A stretch of 64,000 nt of DNA. It comes from the human T2T-CHM13v2.0 reference genome, Homo sapiens. Of the stretch, positions 1 to 15,811 are shown in pieces. The notes beneath the pieces are model-generated. The model saw only the letters and a program-made list of their open reading frames with translations, made no database searches and was not told where the DNA came from. The translations under genes and the position numbers were made by a program. Positions within the stretch are counted from its first letter, which is position 1, and each line of letters begins with the position of its first letter. Location of the stretch: the NCBI RefSeq assembly GCF_009914755.1, contig NC_060929.1. One strand, written 5' to 3'.

Positions 1-858
<858 letters not shown>

Positions 859-864
859 CCTTTG

Positions 865-1012
865 AGCTTAGATTCAAAATTCTAGTTTTGTCACTCTGCA
901 GTTTTGTGATCTTGAGCAAGTTACTTAACCTCTCTGAGCCTTGTTTGTCATGTGTAATGAAAAGAGCTATACTTACCTTGTGAGGTAGTCCTCAGGATTC
1001 AATGAGATAATA
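865..1012 (+). mobile_element. MIR SINE fragment
   Basis: MIR core gtgatcttgagcaagttacttaacctctctgagcc...gaggattcaatgagataat. Confidence 0.8.
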
Positions 1013-2174
1013 AGTACTCACTAAACAAAACTCGTTATTACAAAAGAATCACTTTGTCTCTGAAGTGGGCAATTCAACCCATTTCTAGGAGATTTTAAAC
1101 ATGATTTTAGATATTTGGTGTGATTTTGTGAATGGGTTTATCGTTAATAGCTTTCATGCTCCAGAATTTTCTTGAATAATAGGTTTTTGCAAAGTGCATT
1201 CCATGGAATACTCATTTGGGTGACGTTAATAGACATCACTCAAAAGCTGGGTGAATATTACAATGTTTACTTCATCTGTAACAAGCTGAGTAGCTACAGT
1301 ACATATCTAAGAGGGGGCTCTAATTCTCAATATTTTCCAAATTTATTAGATCACAGACTTTTCTTTTAGTGAAGTGCTTAATGAAACTTAAGTTCTGTGA
1401 AAAGTACTTTGAGAAATATTGCTTTAAAAAGAAAAAGATTGAGCCCTGTATCAGGGGAAATATCTAATATTATATTAAACAAAAAAGTCCCACTGAAGAA
1501 AATCATCTTATTGTTCATAGACCTTAGTTTAGGTATTGGGGCCAAAGGATGGATGACCATTTCAAACGATCCAGGCTAAGCCAGGAGGAGAGCTCAAAGT
1601 CTGATCTGGTGAGTAAGTTGTGAAGGGAATGTGATGAAAAAGTACACTTCTATTGCAAAGAAATCATGAGCTAGGTTTATACGCTATGCTGTGAATGGCC
1701 AATAGATTATAAATTCAACAGTCTCCCTGTCACAGCTATGGTAATGACGACTGTTTAGGCCTTAGGGGAGCTTTAGGGAGAGGCAATTTCATACTTAAGT
1801 CACACTGACTTAAAAAGTGAAATATTTGAAATCATTGTTGAAATCACGTGGAGGTCGTCAGCAAGCGGATGAGGTTGGAATGCCTATCATTTTCCTCAAG
1901 CTCATGTCCTCTCATTTTCTTATTTGAAAATCTATTTGGCTCAGAAAGGACACCTAGGGTTAGTCAAAAATCACCTCCTGATGTTCCTTTTAAAGGAAGC
2001 TTCCAAGTTATTTGAATAGCTTCCAAGTTATTCATCGAGAAACAAAGCAAATTCAAAGATTATGTCCGTAAGCACAAACTGGATTTTAAGAAATCCTGGC
2101 TGCATAAACAATTGTCTTATAGAAAAGAATTTCTGTTCCTCTTTTCCCTCCCCTTGTCAATCCTATTTGTTTCA

Positions 2175-2350
2175 GACCTGGGTTCAAACACTAGCTGTAG
2201 AGGCTATAAGCTATTGGAAGCACATTTGAGCCTGAAATAAACTGAACCTCTTTTGCCTTGGTTTTCTCACTTGTAAATGGGGATTTTTGTGTCTACCTCA
2301 AAGGTACGTTGCAAGGATCGAGGGACAGAGCGTGCAGCAAGTGGCCAATG
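2175..2350 (+). mobile_element. MIR SINE fragment
   Basis: agacctgggttcaaa...aacctcttttgccttggttttctcacttgtaaatgggg resembles MIR core. Confidence 0.6.
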
Positions 2351-3004
2351 AATAGAAGTCTGGTTTTCTGAGCATCCTTGCAGCTGCAGGCTTCAGTCTA
2401 CCAGAGAATGTGAGGTGTTATTCTTCTAGGGCAGTGGTTAGAAAAGAAAATGAAAGTAGCAGTACTCTTTTCCTAATGCAACCATAGATGGATGATCAGA
2501 ATTTGTAATCCATAAGGTAGAAGCTGCTGTGCCTGAAGAAATAGAAAGTGGGCAGAGGTGGAGGGGCAAGGTAGGGAGTGGAGTGGAAGGTAGGGAGAGT
2601 TTGATCCTAGCCTGCACTGCTCCTCAGAGGTACTTTAGCCTCTTTGGAACAGTATTAGAAAATCATGGTTCTATCAACTCATGTCTGAAAATCAATTGCT
2701 ATTTCAGAGCAGGAGGTGACCAATCTTGGAAATAAGGAAGGGAGAGAGGCAGCCAAGCCAGCAGCTCCTAGGATTAGTCACTGCCTGGAGCCAGCTCTTG
2801 GAAGTTCCCCAGGAGCTGTCCAGTCTTATGTCATGTCTAGTCAGCAGAGTCCCAAAGAAGCTTGTCATTCTCTAGGCATTTGTGCTTACATTCTGATGGG
2901 CCTAATAGCAGGGAGATGACATGGAGCCCAGGCAGAACAGCTGAGATTTCTACTGGTCATGACCTCCATCTTCTCCTTCACACCTTTCCTACCTTTCTTT
3001 TTCC

Positions 3005-3130
3005 ATGCATTCAACAGACATTTATTACCCAATAAGTGCCAGGTAGTAAGCGAGGACCTGGGGAGAGCAGATGAGTAAGACACCGTCTCTGTCTCTCAGG
3101 AGCTCTCAGATTCTTAGGGACACATGTACA
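3005..3130 (-). mobile_element. L2 3' end fragment
   Basis: atgcattcaacagacatttatt...gtgccagg is the reverse complement of the L2 terminus. Confidence 0.55.
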
Positions 3131-3526
3131 TCCTAATAAACACAGTGCATCTCATGAATGTGTAAGTTTAAGTTATTGATATAGGCACACACAGACAGAG
3201 GGACTTCGTTCCCTGCAGGTTCTGTAGTATTTCGTGCCCACTCCCCTTTCTTCCCTTGCTGCTCACATCATCCTGCCTTCAAGGAATCTGGGGGGATGGT
3301 AGACTGAAAGTGGCCCTTTCTGCATAATTCTTCTTGAAAATAAACATTTGCTCTCTTCTTAGAGGCTGACTATACTGAGAGCTACCACTCCTTGGCTGCT
3401 TATTAGCCATTGGGTTATTGCTAAGCCCTTTACATATGTTATATCATTTAATTGTATTGAATCTTCACCATAACACTTCAATGGAAATATTTTTCCAAAT
3501 AAGGAAAGGTGAGACTCAAAGTAGTT

Positions 3527-3705
3527 GTATTAGTCTGCATTGCTATGAAGAACTACCTGAAACCGGGTAACTTATAAAGAAAAGAGGTGGGCCGGGCGCG
3601 GTGGCTCATGCCTATAATCCTAGCACTTTGGGAGGCCGAGGTGGGCAGACCACGAGGTCGGGAGTTAGAGACCAGCCTGGCCAACATGGTGAAACCCCGT
3701 GTCTA

Positions 3706-3747
<42 letters not shown>

Positions 3748-3870
3748 GTAATCCTAGCTACTCAGGAGGCTGAGGCAGGAGGATTGCTTGAACCCTGGAG
3801 GTGGAGGTTGCATTGAGCCAAGATCACACCACTGCACTCCAGCCTGAGTGACAGAGCGAGACTCCATCTC

Positions 3871-3901
<31 letters not shown>

Positions 3902-3960
3902 AAGATGTTTAATTGACTCTATGTTCCACAGGCCATACAGGAAGCATGGCTTGGGAGCAT
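3527..3960 (-). mobile_element. MaLR LTR fragment (MST/THE1-like), split by an Alu
   Basis: tgtattagtc...gcattgctatgaagaactacctga...aagaaaagaggt continues after the Alu as tttaattgactc...gttccacagg...tacaggaagcatggc. Confidence 0.75.
3589..3899 (+). mobile_element. Alu SINE with (CA)n replacing the central linker
   Basis: gggccgggcgcggtggctca start; (CA)n at ~3708-3745; long poly(A) tail 3871-3899. Confidence 0.93.
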
Positions 3961-3962
3961 GG

Positions 3963-4018
3963 CTGTACTCCAGCCTAGGCGACAGAGTGAGACTCTGTCT
4001 CAAAAAAAAAAAAAAAAA
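3963..4018 (+). mobile_element. Alu 3' end fragment with poly(A)
   Basis: ctgtactccagcctaggcgacagagtgagactctgtctc followed by an A-tract. Confidence 0.85.
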
Positions 4019-4549
4019 TCCCCATATCCCCATTCACTGTCCTTTTCTCTAGAAAATACCCCATTTCATATAACTGTCTAAACAACGGTTTAAGGTCTAC
4101 ACAAGATTGTGAAGTGAACCTGCAGGATTAGGAGGGTAAGGATTCCCACCTAGGTGGGCTCACTTGCTCTGCCATACCTGGGTAGGATCCCAGCCTGCTT
4201 CTGTGATTGTCAGGAGGCACCAAAAAGGCTACCCTAGGTTTTCTGTCATTCGGCCCAAACATTTCCTCTGCTGGGCAAATGTGGAAAAGAGGCATTAAGC
4301 TGGTGCTCCCACAACTGAAAGGAAAGCAATTCTCTTTCTGTTGTGGTTCCTTCCTCTTTGGACTCTTTTCTTCCATTCCAGCCTATCCCCTTCTTGGAAA
4401 AGCTGTTCTACCAATAGCAGGGAAGAAACAGCGCCGTGTACCTGATACGCTACCCTGGGCACAGGCGATCAGACCAGGGATAGACACCTGAACTGATCTG
4501 GGCAGATGCCCTCTTCTGGCCATTGAGAATTGACAGCATCAGACATCTA

Positions 4550-4995
<446 letters not shown>

Positions 4996-6000
4996 CTAAC
5001 AAACCACCAAAGCTTTTTTTAACTCTCTAAGGGAAGGTACTTTTGTTTGACTTACTATTTACTATTGATTAGGGCCCAGACTCTGCCAAGTTACATGTTA
5101 ATTTTTGTCTGGTAGAGATACAAATGATTTTTGTCCTGTAAAAAGATTTTATTGCTCCACAGGACATTAATGAGTGAGGTTTCCAAATTAGCAAACTTAT
5201 GTCAGCATGCTGTTTCTGATGGTCTATCCAAATCTTTCTCCTTCCAATTCTCTTTTCAAACAGCTTTACCATCCTCTGGTTCTTTCTTTTGTGAAGTAAA
5301 CAGATCTTTATACACACTCCCTATAGACTTATATAAGAATCATGTTTTCACTTTTTGAAAATGATGCTTTGACAATTCCACTGAACAGGCTGGGGAAAAT
5401 TTTATGAGAATTGTTGGATCCTGCTCAGAAGCAAAAAGATAAAACCAGGCTATCCTCTATCATGGCTGATCTGGGGTTCATTCCCAGAAATGAGGGTCTT
5501 GGATCAGGGTCAAATATGTGGGTGGGGTGGGCTCAATTACTGAGATACCCATCTCATGAGGAAGGATGGGACCCATATTATGGGAAACAAAACAGGAAGA
5601 ATGAGAGTGAAAAGATTAATCCTTTCACTAAATTGGGAAAACAGGAGAAAGTGTTGTTGGATAAAGAAGGAACTTTAGCACAATGAGCAGAGACAAGACG
5701 GTAAATGTTCCTTATCCAGTAATCTCTGATGAAAGGCCAGTGCTCACATCATTAGTAATGTCCAGAAATGATAATATCAGTAGTAGCAATACTCACAATG
5801 TAAATAAGTAGCTCTCATGTTTTGATTGCCAATAGTGCTAGCAACCTTACATGTATCACTCTCTACCCCAGCCCTGTTAATTGGTACTATGATGAAGAAA
5901 GAGACTCAAAGAAAATAAATGACTCACTCGCGTATTTTTACACAGCTAGAATTGCTACAGAAAGGATTAAAGCCAAGTCTATCCAAATCCACTGTCTATG

Positions 6001-6105
6001 TCCCTCCCTCCCTCCCTCCCTCCCTCCCTTCCTTCCTTCCTTCCTTCCTTGCTCCTTCCTTCCCTCCCTTTCTGCCTCCCTCCCTTTCTGCCTCCCTCCC
6101 TCCCT
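6001..6105. repeat. Polypyrimidine (CCCT/CCTT)n microsatellite
   Basis: Direct reading; it sits at the tail of the adjacent L2. Confidence 0.9.
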
Positions 6106-6106
6106 A

Positions 6107-6260
6107 TCTCAAACATCTATTGAGTGTCTACCATGTGCCAGGCACTGTGTCAGGCTCTTGGGATACAGCAATAAGCCAAGTCCTTGCTTTCAGGGAGTTT
6201 ACATTCCAGTGAGAGGGTCACAGAAACAAATGTATCTCTATGGCAGCAAGTGCTATGAAG
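6107..6260 (-). mobile_element. L2 3' fragment
   Basis: aacatctattgagtgtctaccatgtgccaggcactgtg...gggatacagca is the typical antisense L2 end. Confidence 0.75.
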
Positions 6261-6834
6261 AAAATCAGCTTCATTTTTATTGTTTCATGCCCATCATGCA
6301 GGTTTCCCACAGTCCATCATCCCCACTCCACCCCCCACCCAATGTAGTGCTTTCCTCTGTCCTGGAGAATCGGAAAGACTTCACAGCAACATCTGCAGTC
6401 CCTTTGTTTCAGTGACTTTGGCACAGAGAAGTGGACATGGTGGCAGACAAAGCTGCTGGAAGCTGTCAGGCTACTGGCAGCCAAAAGCTTAATCACACAT
6501 TCCAAAGGCAGTGTGTGTGTGATGTTGCATCTCTGGCCCTGGAAGGGAGATAGAGGTCACCTTCTTGGGAGTCAGAGTTGGCCCCTCAGCTCCCAGGGGT
6601 TCAGCTGAGCAGCTTCAGAGGGCTGACTGCAGAGACCAGGAAGGGGCCATTCACTCTGATGGGAATTGGGAATCATTGATGCTCGAGCAACAGCTGAGTT
6701 AAAATTCATGCTAAGAAATCAGCATTCACATGTGTACATATTTAAGTCAGGATCTCAGTGAAGAGGGCATGACAGCAGTGAAAAGAGGTGCCAGACCTGA
6801 AGTAGGCTACCTTATGGTTGCTGCTTCACCTGTT

Positions 6835-6838
<4 letters not shown>

Positions 6839-6865
<27 letters not shown>

Positions 6866-6866
6866 G
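6839..6866. repeat. (CA)n microsatellite
   Basis: Direct reading. Confidence 0.9.
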
Positions 6867-7436
6867 ATTCCAGAAGATAGTGGGACAGTAGCAATTTGAA
6901 GGCTCTGCCAGAAAAGCATTTGCTTAAAGTGTTGGGAATTTTTTGTTGGATTGTTGTTTCATTCATAGGGCTTCTAAATTTCACTTTTGCATTTTAACCA
7001 TTTCAAGGAATTCCCCCTGATTTTGAGTGTGAATGGGTACAAAAGACCAGGGGTTGTTAACCAAAAGCCTGGAACATTCAGGTGAACGGCTGTTCTGCAG
7101 GGAAGGAGGGAAACAGCAGGGTGAGATGGATGGTCAACCTTCAAAGGCCTTACACAGTCCCGGCCAGGATAATCTTCGCCTCTCCCTTCTGCTGGGGAAA
7201 AGTCTGGATTGCTAAGACCAGGGTCTCTATAGTGGCATCTCCAACACTCAGGCCGAGCTTCATGGCTGGGTTCCTGTTTTTTCATTTGCTCATGCCCCTC
7301 AGTGGTATCATCTGACTCAGCTCCTTTCCCTCCTGTTGGGCCAGTACTTACAGTGGGTCTCCTGATGAAGCTGAGGTCATGGGTTCATGAGCCCAATTAT
7401 CACCATGCTGACCGCACCACTAACCTGGCTCCGTGT

Positions 7437-7610
7437 AGTTGCAAACTTGGCTGCACATTGGAATTCCTAGGGAGAGTTTTAAACATCCCAACGACCAGGC
7501 TGCAATGAAATAAGACCGATGAAATCAGGATCTCAGGGGTGGAATGGGACTGGTAATTTACAGAATCTCTCCAGCTGATTCCATATTCAGACAAGTTAGA
7601 GCACCAATGC
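7437..7610. mobile_element. MER5A-like hAT-Charlie DNA transposon
   Basis: caaacttggctgcacattggaat...ccagctgattcc...agagcacca matches MER5 architecture. Confidence 0.7.
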
Positions 7611-9169
7611 CCTCAGTCCTGAGAGTGAGGGCTGGTCTCATGAATCCATTCACACAGATGGAAGTCCATCCTCACAGCGGTCAGGCCTCACACAACATCG
7701 GGCATGTTGGTAGGCATATGCCTAAGTTTCTGTGCAATGAATGCATGCCTTACTGGTGATGCATCAATAGCAAGGCATTCAGGGGAGAGAGTACCCTGCC
7801 TCAGTGCCTAGCATGAGACATACATCCAGGACCATGTTTTTATTCCCATCTTATGGATGAGAAAACTGAGGTTCAGAAAGGGTAGGCAAAATCCCCTAGC
7901 TCACCTGGCTGGAAGGGGGCAGAACTTCCCTGTACGTGCTGAGAACACCACTGTTCGAGCAGAGGGGAAACCTCTGCAAATTTCACTCTGTGTTCAGTGG
8001 GTGACTTGCCAAAATGACTTGCCAAAGCCCTTTAGGGCCAATAAATTAGAGTGTTTGCATCAAATTTCCATGCACAAGAGCCAACTCAAAACCTTAGATC
8101 CAATTCCATTGGTTCCCATAGCTCTGAAGTGGAGAGATGCTAGTAATAAATCCTACAGGCTGATGGCAGGACTTTGATATATAATATTAACTCTGATCTT
8201 GGTGGTGGTCTGACTCAAGACAGAGGGAATATTAAAAGCAGTAGTAATCCTTCTAAAAGTTCCATGCGCTTCTGCCCAGATATCCAGGGTTTCTGGCTGA
8301 ATTAGCCTGCAGAAGCAATTGTGCAGATTAGGTGATGTTGAACCACGAGAAAGTGTCTTCCCACTTAGCAAATCAAGGGTCCATGGGATGGAGAGAAAGG
8401 AGGGAATAGAGTTTGTCACTTGGGCTGTACTGACCCCAGTGGTGATGTCTTCCCTTTGATGGGTGGTGTTGGGACAGCAAGGCAGTCATCATTTAGCCCA
8501 CTAGTGCTAAGGCGGAAGGCATCCGCAGTGCATGGTCTGGCATCCCCAGGCAAAGACAAGAGGATGGGCCCTGCAGAGTGTTTTGGGTTAGAAACAAGCT
8601 GAGTGAACTGAGTGTTTCTTCAGGGAGCGCACTAAAGATGAGCCGACAAATCCACGACAGTGGGGAGTGAGGTGAGGCAGGGACACAAATCCACAGCTGA
8701 CTCACCCAGCACATTCCCACCTCCTCAGCATAGAAAACCACAGGGACAAACTGACCAGAAGGCTATTCATCCATGGGTCTATCCCGTGCCTTGATCAGTC
8801 TTCCTAAATCCCACCTTTGCCAAAGTCACTCCAGTCTGTGAATTTTCCATGGCTTCCTGATGCATATGGAAAGACGTTCAGACTCCCAATCTGAGGTCCA
8901 ATGCTCTCCAGAATTCCATCTTTCCCTACCTTCCTGGAATCATTTCCCATTGACTTGCCATCTACCTGGACAAGCTGGAATGGCTGCTTTGGCTGTCTTC
9001 TGAAAATGCCCTGAGGTGTCTCTGCCCCAGGCCTGTCTCCTGTGCCCCCAGAGCTGCCCAGGCCCCTGCTTCCTACAGAGACCAGCTCACAGTCTTCTTG
9101 TCAGTGGTCATCTAACAGTGGTCTTGTAAAAGCAGAGCAAGTTCCAATCTTATTTATAGCATTCAGCAG

Positions 9170-9333
9170 TTTTTTTTTTTTTTAGAGCTGGTGTCTTGCT
9201 CTGTTGCCCAAGTTTGAGTGCAATGGCTCAATCACAGCTTCACTGCAGCCTTGAACTCCTGGGCCCTAGTGATCCTCCTCTTTCAGCCTCCTGAGTAGCT
9301 GGGACCACAGGTATGCACCACCATGCCCACCTA
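9170..9333 (-). mobile_element. Alu monomer / truncated old Alu
   Basis: Poly(T) followed by tcttgctctgttgccca...gtagctgggaccacagg. Confidence 0.85.
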
Positions 9334-9474
9334 AACACAGTCTACCTTTATGTGTGTGTGTCCATCCATCACCAGATGCTCACGGAAGGTAGGGCAGAAA
9401 CATTTTGAAAAATAATTTTTACCTTTGAAGAGTAATCTTAATGATAACCTAGCAGGTGCTCAGATACATCGGGT

Positions 9475-9940
9475 CGATTCACTTCCTATGGCTGTGTAAC
9501 AAATTACCACAAACTTGGTGATTTAGAGCAATGCCCATTTATTATCTCAGGGTTTCTATAGGTCAGAAGTTTGGGTGTTGCATGGCTGGATTGTCTGTTT
9601 AGGATCTCACAGGGTTGAGATCGGGGTAGCCAGGGTTGCTTCTCATCTGGGGCTCCAAGTCCTCTTTGCAAGCTCACTGGTTGTCAGTAGAATTCAGTTC
9701 CTGTGGTTGTAGGACTGAGGTCCCCATATTCTTCTTGCTGTTTGTCAGTCTGGGGTGCTCCCAGCAACTCAAGGCCACTCTCAGGTTGTTGACACAGGGT
9801 GCCAACATCTATCTTCAAAACCAGTAGGAGGATTTCTCTTGCACTGAATCTCTTTTGCATCTCTGACATTCTCAGTCTCTGACCTCTAGATCCAGATTTA
9901 AAGGGTTCACTTGATTCTGTCAGACCCACTCAGGACAATT
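9475..9940 (-). mobile_element. MLT1 (MaLR) LTR
   Basis: ttcctatggctgtgtaacaaattaccacaaacttggtg...tttattatctca...ggtcagaagt is the antisense MLT1 end. Confidence 0.75.
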
Positions 9941-10149
9941 ATTTTGTTGTGCGTCCCTTTTTCTGGGAAGTGGGTCTACCACTTCTATCACGTTCTTAAA
10001 AGGGTCTGGGAATGTTCACCCATCACAGACATCCACACCAGGCCAGTTAAGTCAGAACTGCTGGAGATTCCACATTCTCCTGGGCAGCCTGGGTGGAGAA
10101 CCACCTATGTGGAAGGAACACTGGGCTCCAAAGATAAGGGGCCTTGCAT

Positions 10150-10305
10150 TTTATTTCATTACCAGTGTCTATTGGCTCTGAGACCTTACAGAAATCACTC
10201 AACTTCTCAGGGCCTCATTTGCAAACACGGATGATAATAGTAAGCTCCATCTCTCACGGTTGTTAGGAGGATTAAAAGTGTATAAAGATGCTCTGCAAGC
10301 TCTGA
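10150..10305 (+). mobile_element. MIR fragment
   Basis: cactcaacttctcagggcctcatttgcaaa...ggttgttaggaggattaaa. Confidence 0.55.
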
Positions 10306-11492
10306 AGTATTAGCCAACCGTCTAGTCAGTGTGAAGAGACACTGAAAAGTGAGGTGGGACAGAGCATTTTAAGTGAAAAAGAAGGGAGAAGCTTATCTTT
10401 ATCAAAGTTAAATATTAGATACTGAGTACTTTGTAAAGTCTGTTGCTGCTGGGGATCAGGCAAATTGTTATAACCTTCCTGGAAGGCAATTTCCCATAAT
10501 TATCAGCAGTTTACAGAATATCCAAGCCATTTGACCCTAAGATAATGTTTCTAGGGATTTCTCTTAAGGATTTAATCAAGGACACATACACAGATTATAG
10601 CAGTTCAAAATTGGAACCCATCTATTTAACAATAAGGGATTGTTTAATTACACATGAAATATTATTTAAACTTGAACATTATATTGCCTTTAAATATTTG
10701 ACATGGAAAGAAGCTTAAAACTCAGTCCTATTTCCTTATCAATGTTCTATCAACAAGGGGCAGGAGGTGTCACCTCCTTGGGAATCAGAGTTGGCCCCTC
10801 AGGTAGGTGTTTGGAGCTTCCTGGTAGGGGCTGGGGACAAAGTGTGGATGGGGCACCTGCTGGACCTGTGGCAAGATCATCAGGGATTGCTATTGGTCTC
10901 AGCAAGGGAGTGAGGCTGACCAGTTCTCAGCTGCATTTCAGAGAAGGATGAAATGCCCTAATCAGAAGTCAGCTCCCCTCATGACCCTGGAGGGAATTCT
11001 GCCCACTCACAGACTCTTTCTTATTCTGGGCCTCTGCTGTTATCTGGGTCTAGCTCCCTGTCACAGTCAGTTTGGGGACTGATCCTCCAGGAAAGTCCTG
11101 GGACCTCTCGGCAGGCTGAATGCTTCTCCTTTGTGACTCCCCTGCCATGGCGGTTGTGCCCCTTCTTACCTTCTACAGACACGACTTTTCATGGGCCTCT
11201 TCCTTTCTCCCCACCGGTAAATCACCACCCTTCAAAGGCAGGAACTGTCTCTATTTCATCTTAGTATCCTACGGGCCTGGCCCAGAGTAGATGCTCCAAA
11301 AAACTTGTCCTGAACTGAATGGGCGTGAAGCCGGGGCCTGTTGCACTGTGTTGTTGTGGGGTGGGGTGACTTCCAACCACACTGGGAGCCATCTCCCTCT
11401 CTCATTCCGAGGGAAGAGTCCGCAGCACAGATGGGTGCAACCCAATGTCAGGAGCTGACACTGTGATCAAAGAAAATCATTTCCATTGCTCC

Positions 11493-12562
<1,070 letters not shown>

Positions 12563-13559
12563 CTTGCAAGGGTGCCCCTGTGTTCCTCCACTCTCCATCC
12601 CCAAGCTGGGCTGGGATTTCTTGAGCCAGATGAGTTGAAGATGCTGCAAAGTTAAAATGGCCTTGCCTTCCTGTGCAGTCAGATGGAGCACCCCCTTCCC
12701 TCATCTGGGCCTGCTGAGTAGGGTCTCACTGATCCCCACACTGTGTGTCCCTTAGACCTTTCCTGAGACCCAGCCCTTCCCCCGGTGGAAGGGAGAATTA
12801 TTTGAAAAGTGTGGGTTTTGGTGTCAGACAGACTGGGACCCAGGTCTAGGCTACTGAACCAGTGAGCTGTGTGGCTTTGTGCATGCTATTTAGACACTCT
12901 GAGTTTTAATTTCCTAATTTCTAATTGCCAGACAGGTTGGTTGGGAGGAACAGCTTAGATTGACCTATGAAAGCATTTGTAGACTCGGAAGTGTTCTCAT
13001 GGCACTTTGGATGAAATCGTTCCTGCTGCTTCAAACTACTGTGTGATGAGTTTCCAAAAATCATTGCCTGTGATCTGCAGGCTCGTTGTATGTCACAGAT
13101 CACCAGATGTGCTTCCATTCCATGCTTGCTTCTGCAGTCCTGTTCTAAGCTCTGGCCTAATATTCTTCCCGCCCACGGAGCTCTTGCCACTGCCTCACCG
13201 CAGAGACTGGAACCCTGTCCTTTAACTCCCAGCTCAGAGTGTAGGGAAGTGTTTCTCAAAGTATTCTCTGTGTTATCTGCTTCCAAATTGCCTGGATATT
13301 GGTTAAAAACCAAACCTCTGGTTCCCCTTCCAGACTGAAGGATGAGAATTGGCTGTGGGAATGAGTGGGAATCTACGCTGTTGTGAAGTTCCCCACAGGG
13401 ATCTCCTGCATCTTAAGGCTCAAAGGCCATGGACCTAGCCCCTGGATACTGGGCATAGGCATCTCAGATGCTGTCTGTTTCTTCACTTCCCTGACTGGCC
13501 TGGGCTCTGGGGTTGGGCCCTTCTCATTTCTGGATTTGTGATACTTGTCTTGTATCCCC

Positions 13560-13870
13560 TTTTATCATAGTGTGCTTTTGCTTACAAGTGAACAAAAACC
13601 CAATCCAAAGTGATTTAAACAAAAAGAGCACTTATTGTAAAAGTTCAGAATAAACTGCCTTCAGGCATGGCTTGATCCAGGGGCGCACACTGTGTTACCA
13701 GGAGGCAGTTTCTCTCTGCCTCCTCACTTGGCTACATTTTTCTCTCACTTGTGCATCCTGAGCCATTCACAGAGCTCAGGAGGATGAGTGTTCTGATGGA
13801 GCAGGGTACGCTGGTGGTTAGTGCCATCAAAAACAGAATGAGATAATGATATGGCTCAGATGACTGGAGG
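13560..13870 (-). mobile_element. Old MLT1-type MaLR LTR fragment
   Basis: gcttacaagtgaacaaaaacccaatccaaagtgatttaaacaaaaag...cttcaggcatggcttgatccaggg. Confidence 0.55.
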
Positions 13871-13871
13871 A

Positions 13872-14504
13872 GCACCAGGGTTCTTGGTCTAGCACACACT
13901 TGGATAAAATGACACAGACACACCTGGAGTGGTTTTAAGGAGCGAAAAGTTTAATATACAAGAAAGAAGGAAGGAAGAAGAAAACAGCTCCCCAGTACAG
14001 AGACAGAGGGAGAGGGGATTTGAACAGAGAGAAAACCCCGGTGGGGAGAAGGGATGTGGGGGGAGGGCGTGTGTGTGGTGTAATCAGCTAGTTATATGAG
14101 GAGGCTGGAGGAGGCGGTGCTGGCTTGCATAGGGCTCAGAGGATTGGTTTGACCAGGCAGGTCATTCACATAGCCTGCGAAAAAGCTGGCCCTCACAGTC
14201 TAGCCTTTTAAGAATGCAAATGCAGGGCGCCATGATGTTCTACACACGTGGGGATATGTGGGGGCGGCCATGTTGCCAGCCACCTGTTGGGGCAAGGAAG
14301 AAACCTGGAATCTCCATGTTTGGGTGGACTCAGTTTCCAGTGGCCTGCGTTTGCATATCAAAGCTTGCCAGTGGCTCTTAGAGCTGGCGCTCTCCTGTTA
14401 GACAAGAAAGGTTTCTGGATCTGCTTTAAAAGAAACAAAAACTTCCCAAGGACCTCTTTTCCTCTCTATCTGCCTAAAATAATTTCTTAATAACTCCTAT
14501 AACA
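13872..14504 (-). mobile_element. ERV1 solo LTR, MER61-like
   Basis: Minus strand starts TGTTATAGGAGTTATTAAGAAATTATTTTAGGCAGATAGAGAGG; subfamily from memory. Confidence 0.65.
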
Positions 14505-15478
14505 ATAAGGGGGTGGTCCATTCCCACATGTAAATTGAGGCTTTTCCCAGAAATAGGGTGAATAGATGCTGAGTTACCCCAGTCAGCAAATGTCCATTTA
14601 TCTCATTTGTGAACTCTGGACTCTGCACAGAGATTGTGGTGACACAGGCTGTCCTGTGACCCTGTGGCTGGGTCAGCTCCTGTGTCTGCGACAGGATGCC
14701 CTGAGTCCCCATGGATTCCTCAACCCCACACCCTGTCCTACTTTTAGCCAAGTCAGCCATGCCCCTCTGAGGGCTACGCTGCTTCAATAGGCCTGGCTTC
14801 CTAAGTACCTTTCATTATCACCCAGGCTCATACCCAGAAGCAAAGCAGAAATTTCTTTTGAGATCCAGGGTGGGAAATGGTCAGTTGAATTGAGTTGCAA
14901 CCGAAGGTGAGGAAACGTCTTTTATGAAAACCCATTTCCCTCTGTCGGAGGTGATTTCAGTCACATTTTCCAAGCTCAGGATAATTTACCCCCTACCAGG
15001 GTGCACTGCAGAAGGTCTGGCTGGAAGGCCCCGAGCACAGGAGTTGATTGCTAGCTGCTAAGAGGCTGCGCTTTGTTCCCGAAGGAGAAAGCTGCAGGTT
15101 AAGAGAACATTCCCCACCTTGCCAGGGGTGACAAAGCAGGGGACTGCTTGAGGGCTGACACTGGAGTTAGAGATAATGAAAGGAGAGGAGGAAGAAGAAG
15201 CCAGGGCCTGGCTCAGCATCTCACCGCATTGGTGGGGAGAGGAGCTGCTCACCTTCTCGCACCTGTTGTTGGGCTGAGACAGATTTTCAGAGAGCAATGC
15301 CTCCTGGACAGAGGCTCTTCCCCACAGGGCAAATGTAATTAGATGAGAGAAAAACAAAGCTCTGAAACCCTAATTAGGTGCCAAGCCCTCAGGCTTTATA
15401 CATCTAAACAGCTAAGGAACAGAGGATAAGATTCTCCAGTCGGCACTCCCTTGCCAGTCCTGGCTGAGCTAATGGTGA

Positions 15479-15811
<333 letters not shown>

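Noticed and set aside
14220-14300. p53 response element expected in a MER61-like LTR
   Set aside because: Only degenerate CATG-type half-sites are visible, with no adjacent RRRCWWGYYY pair.
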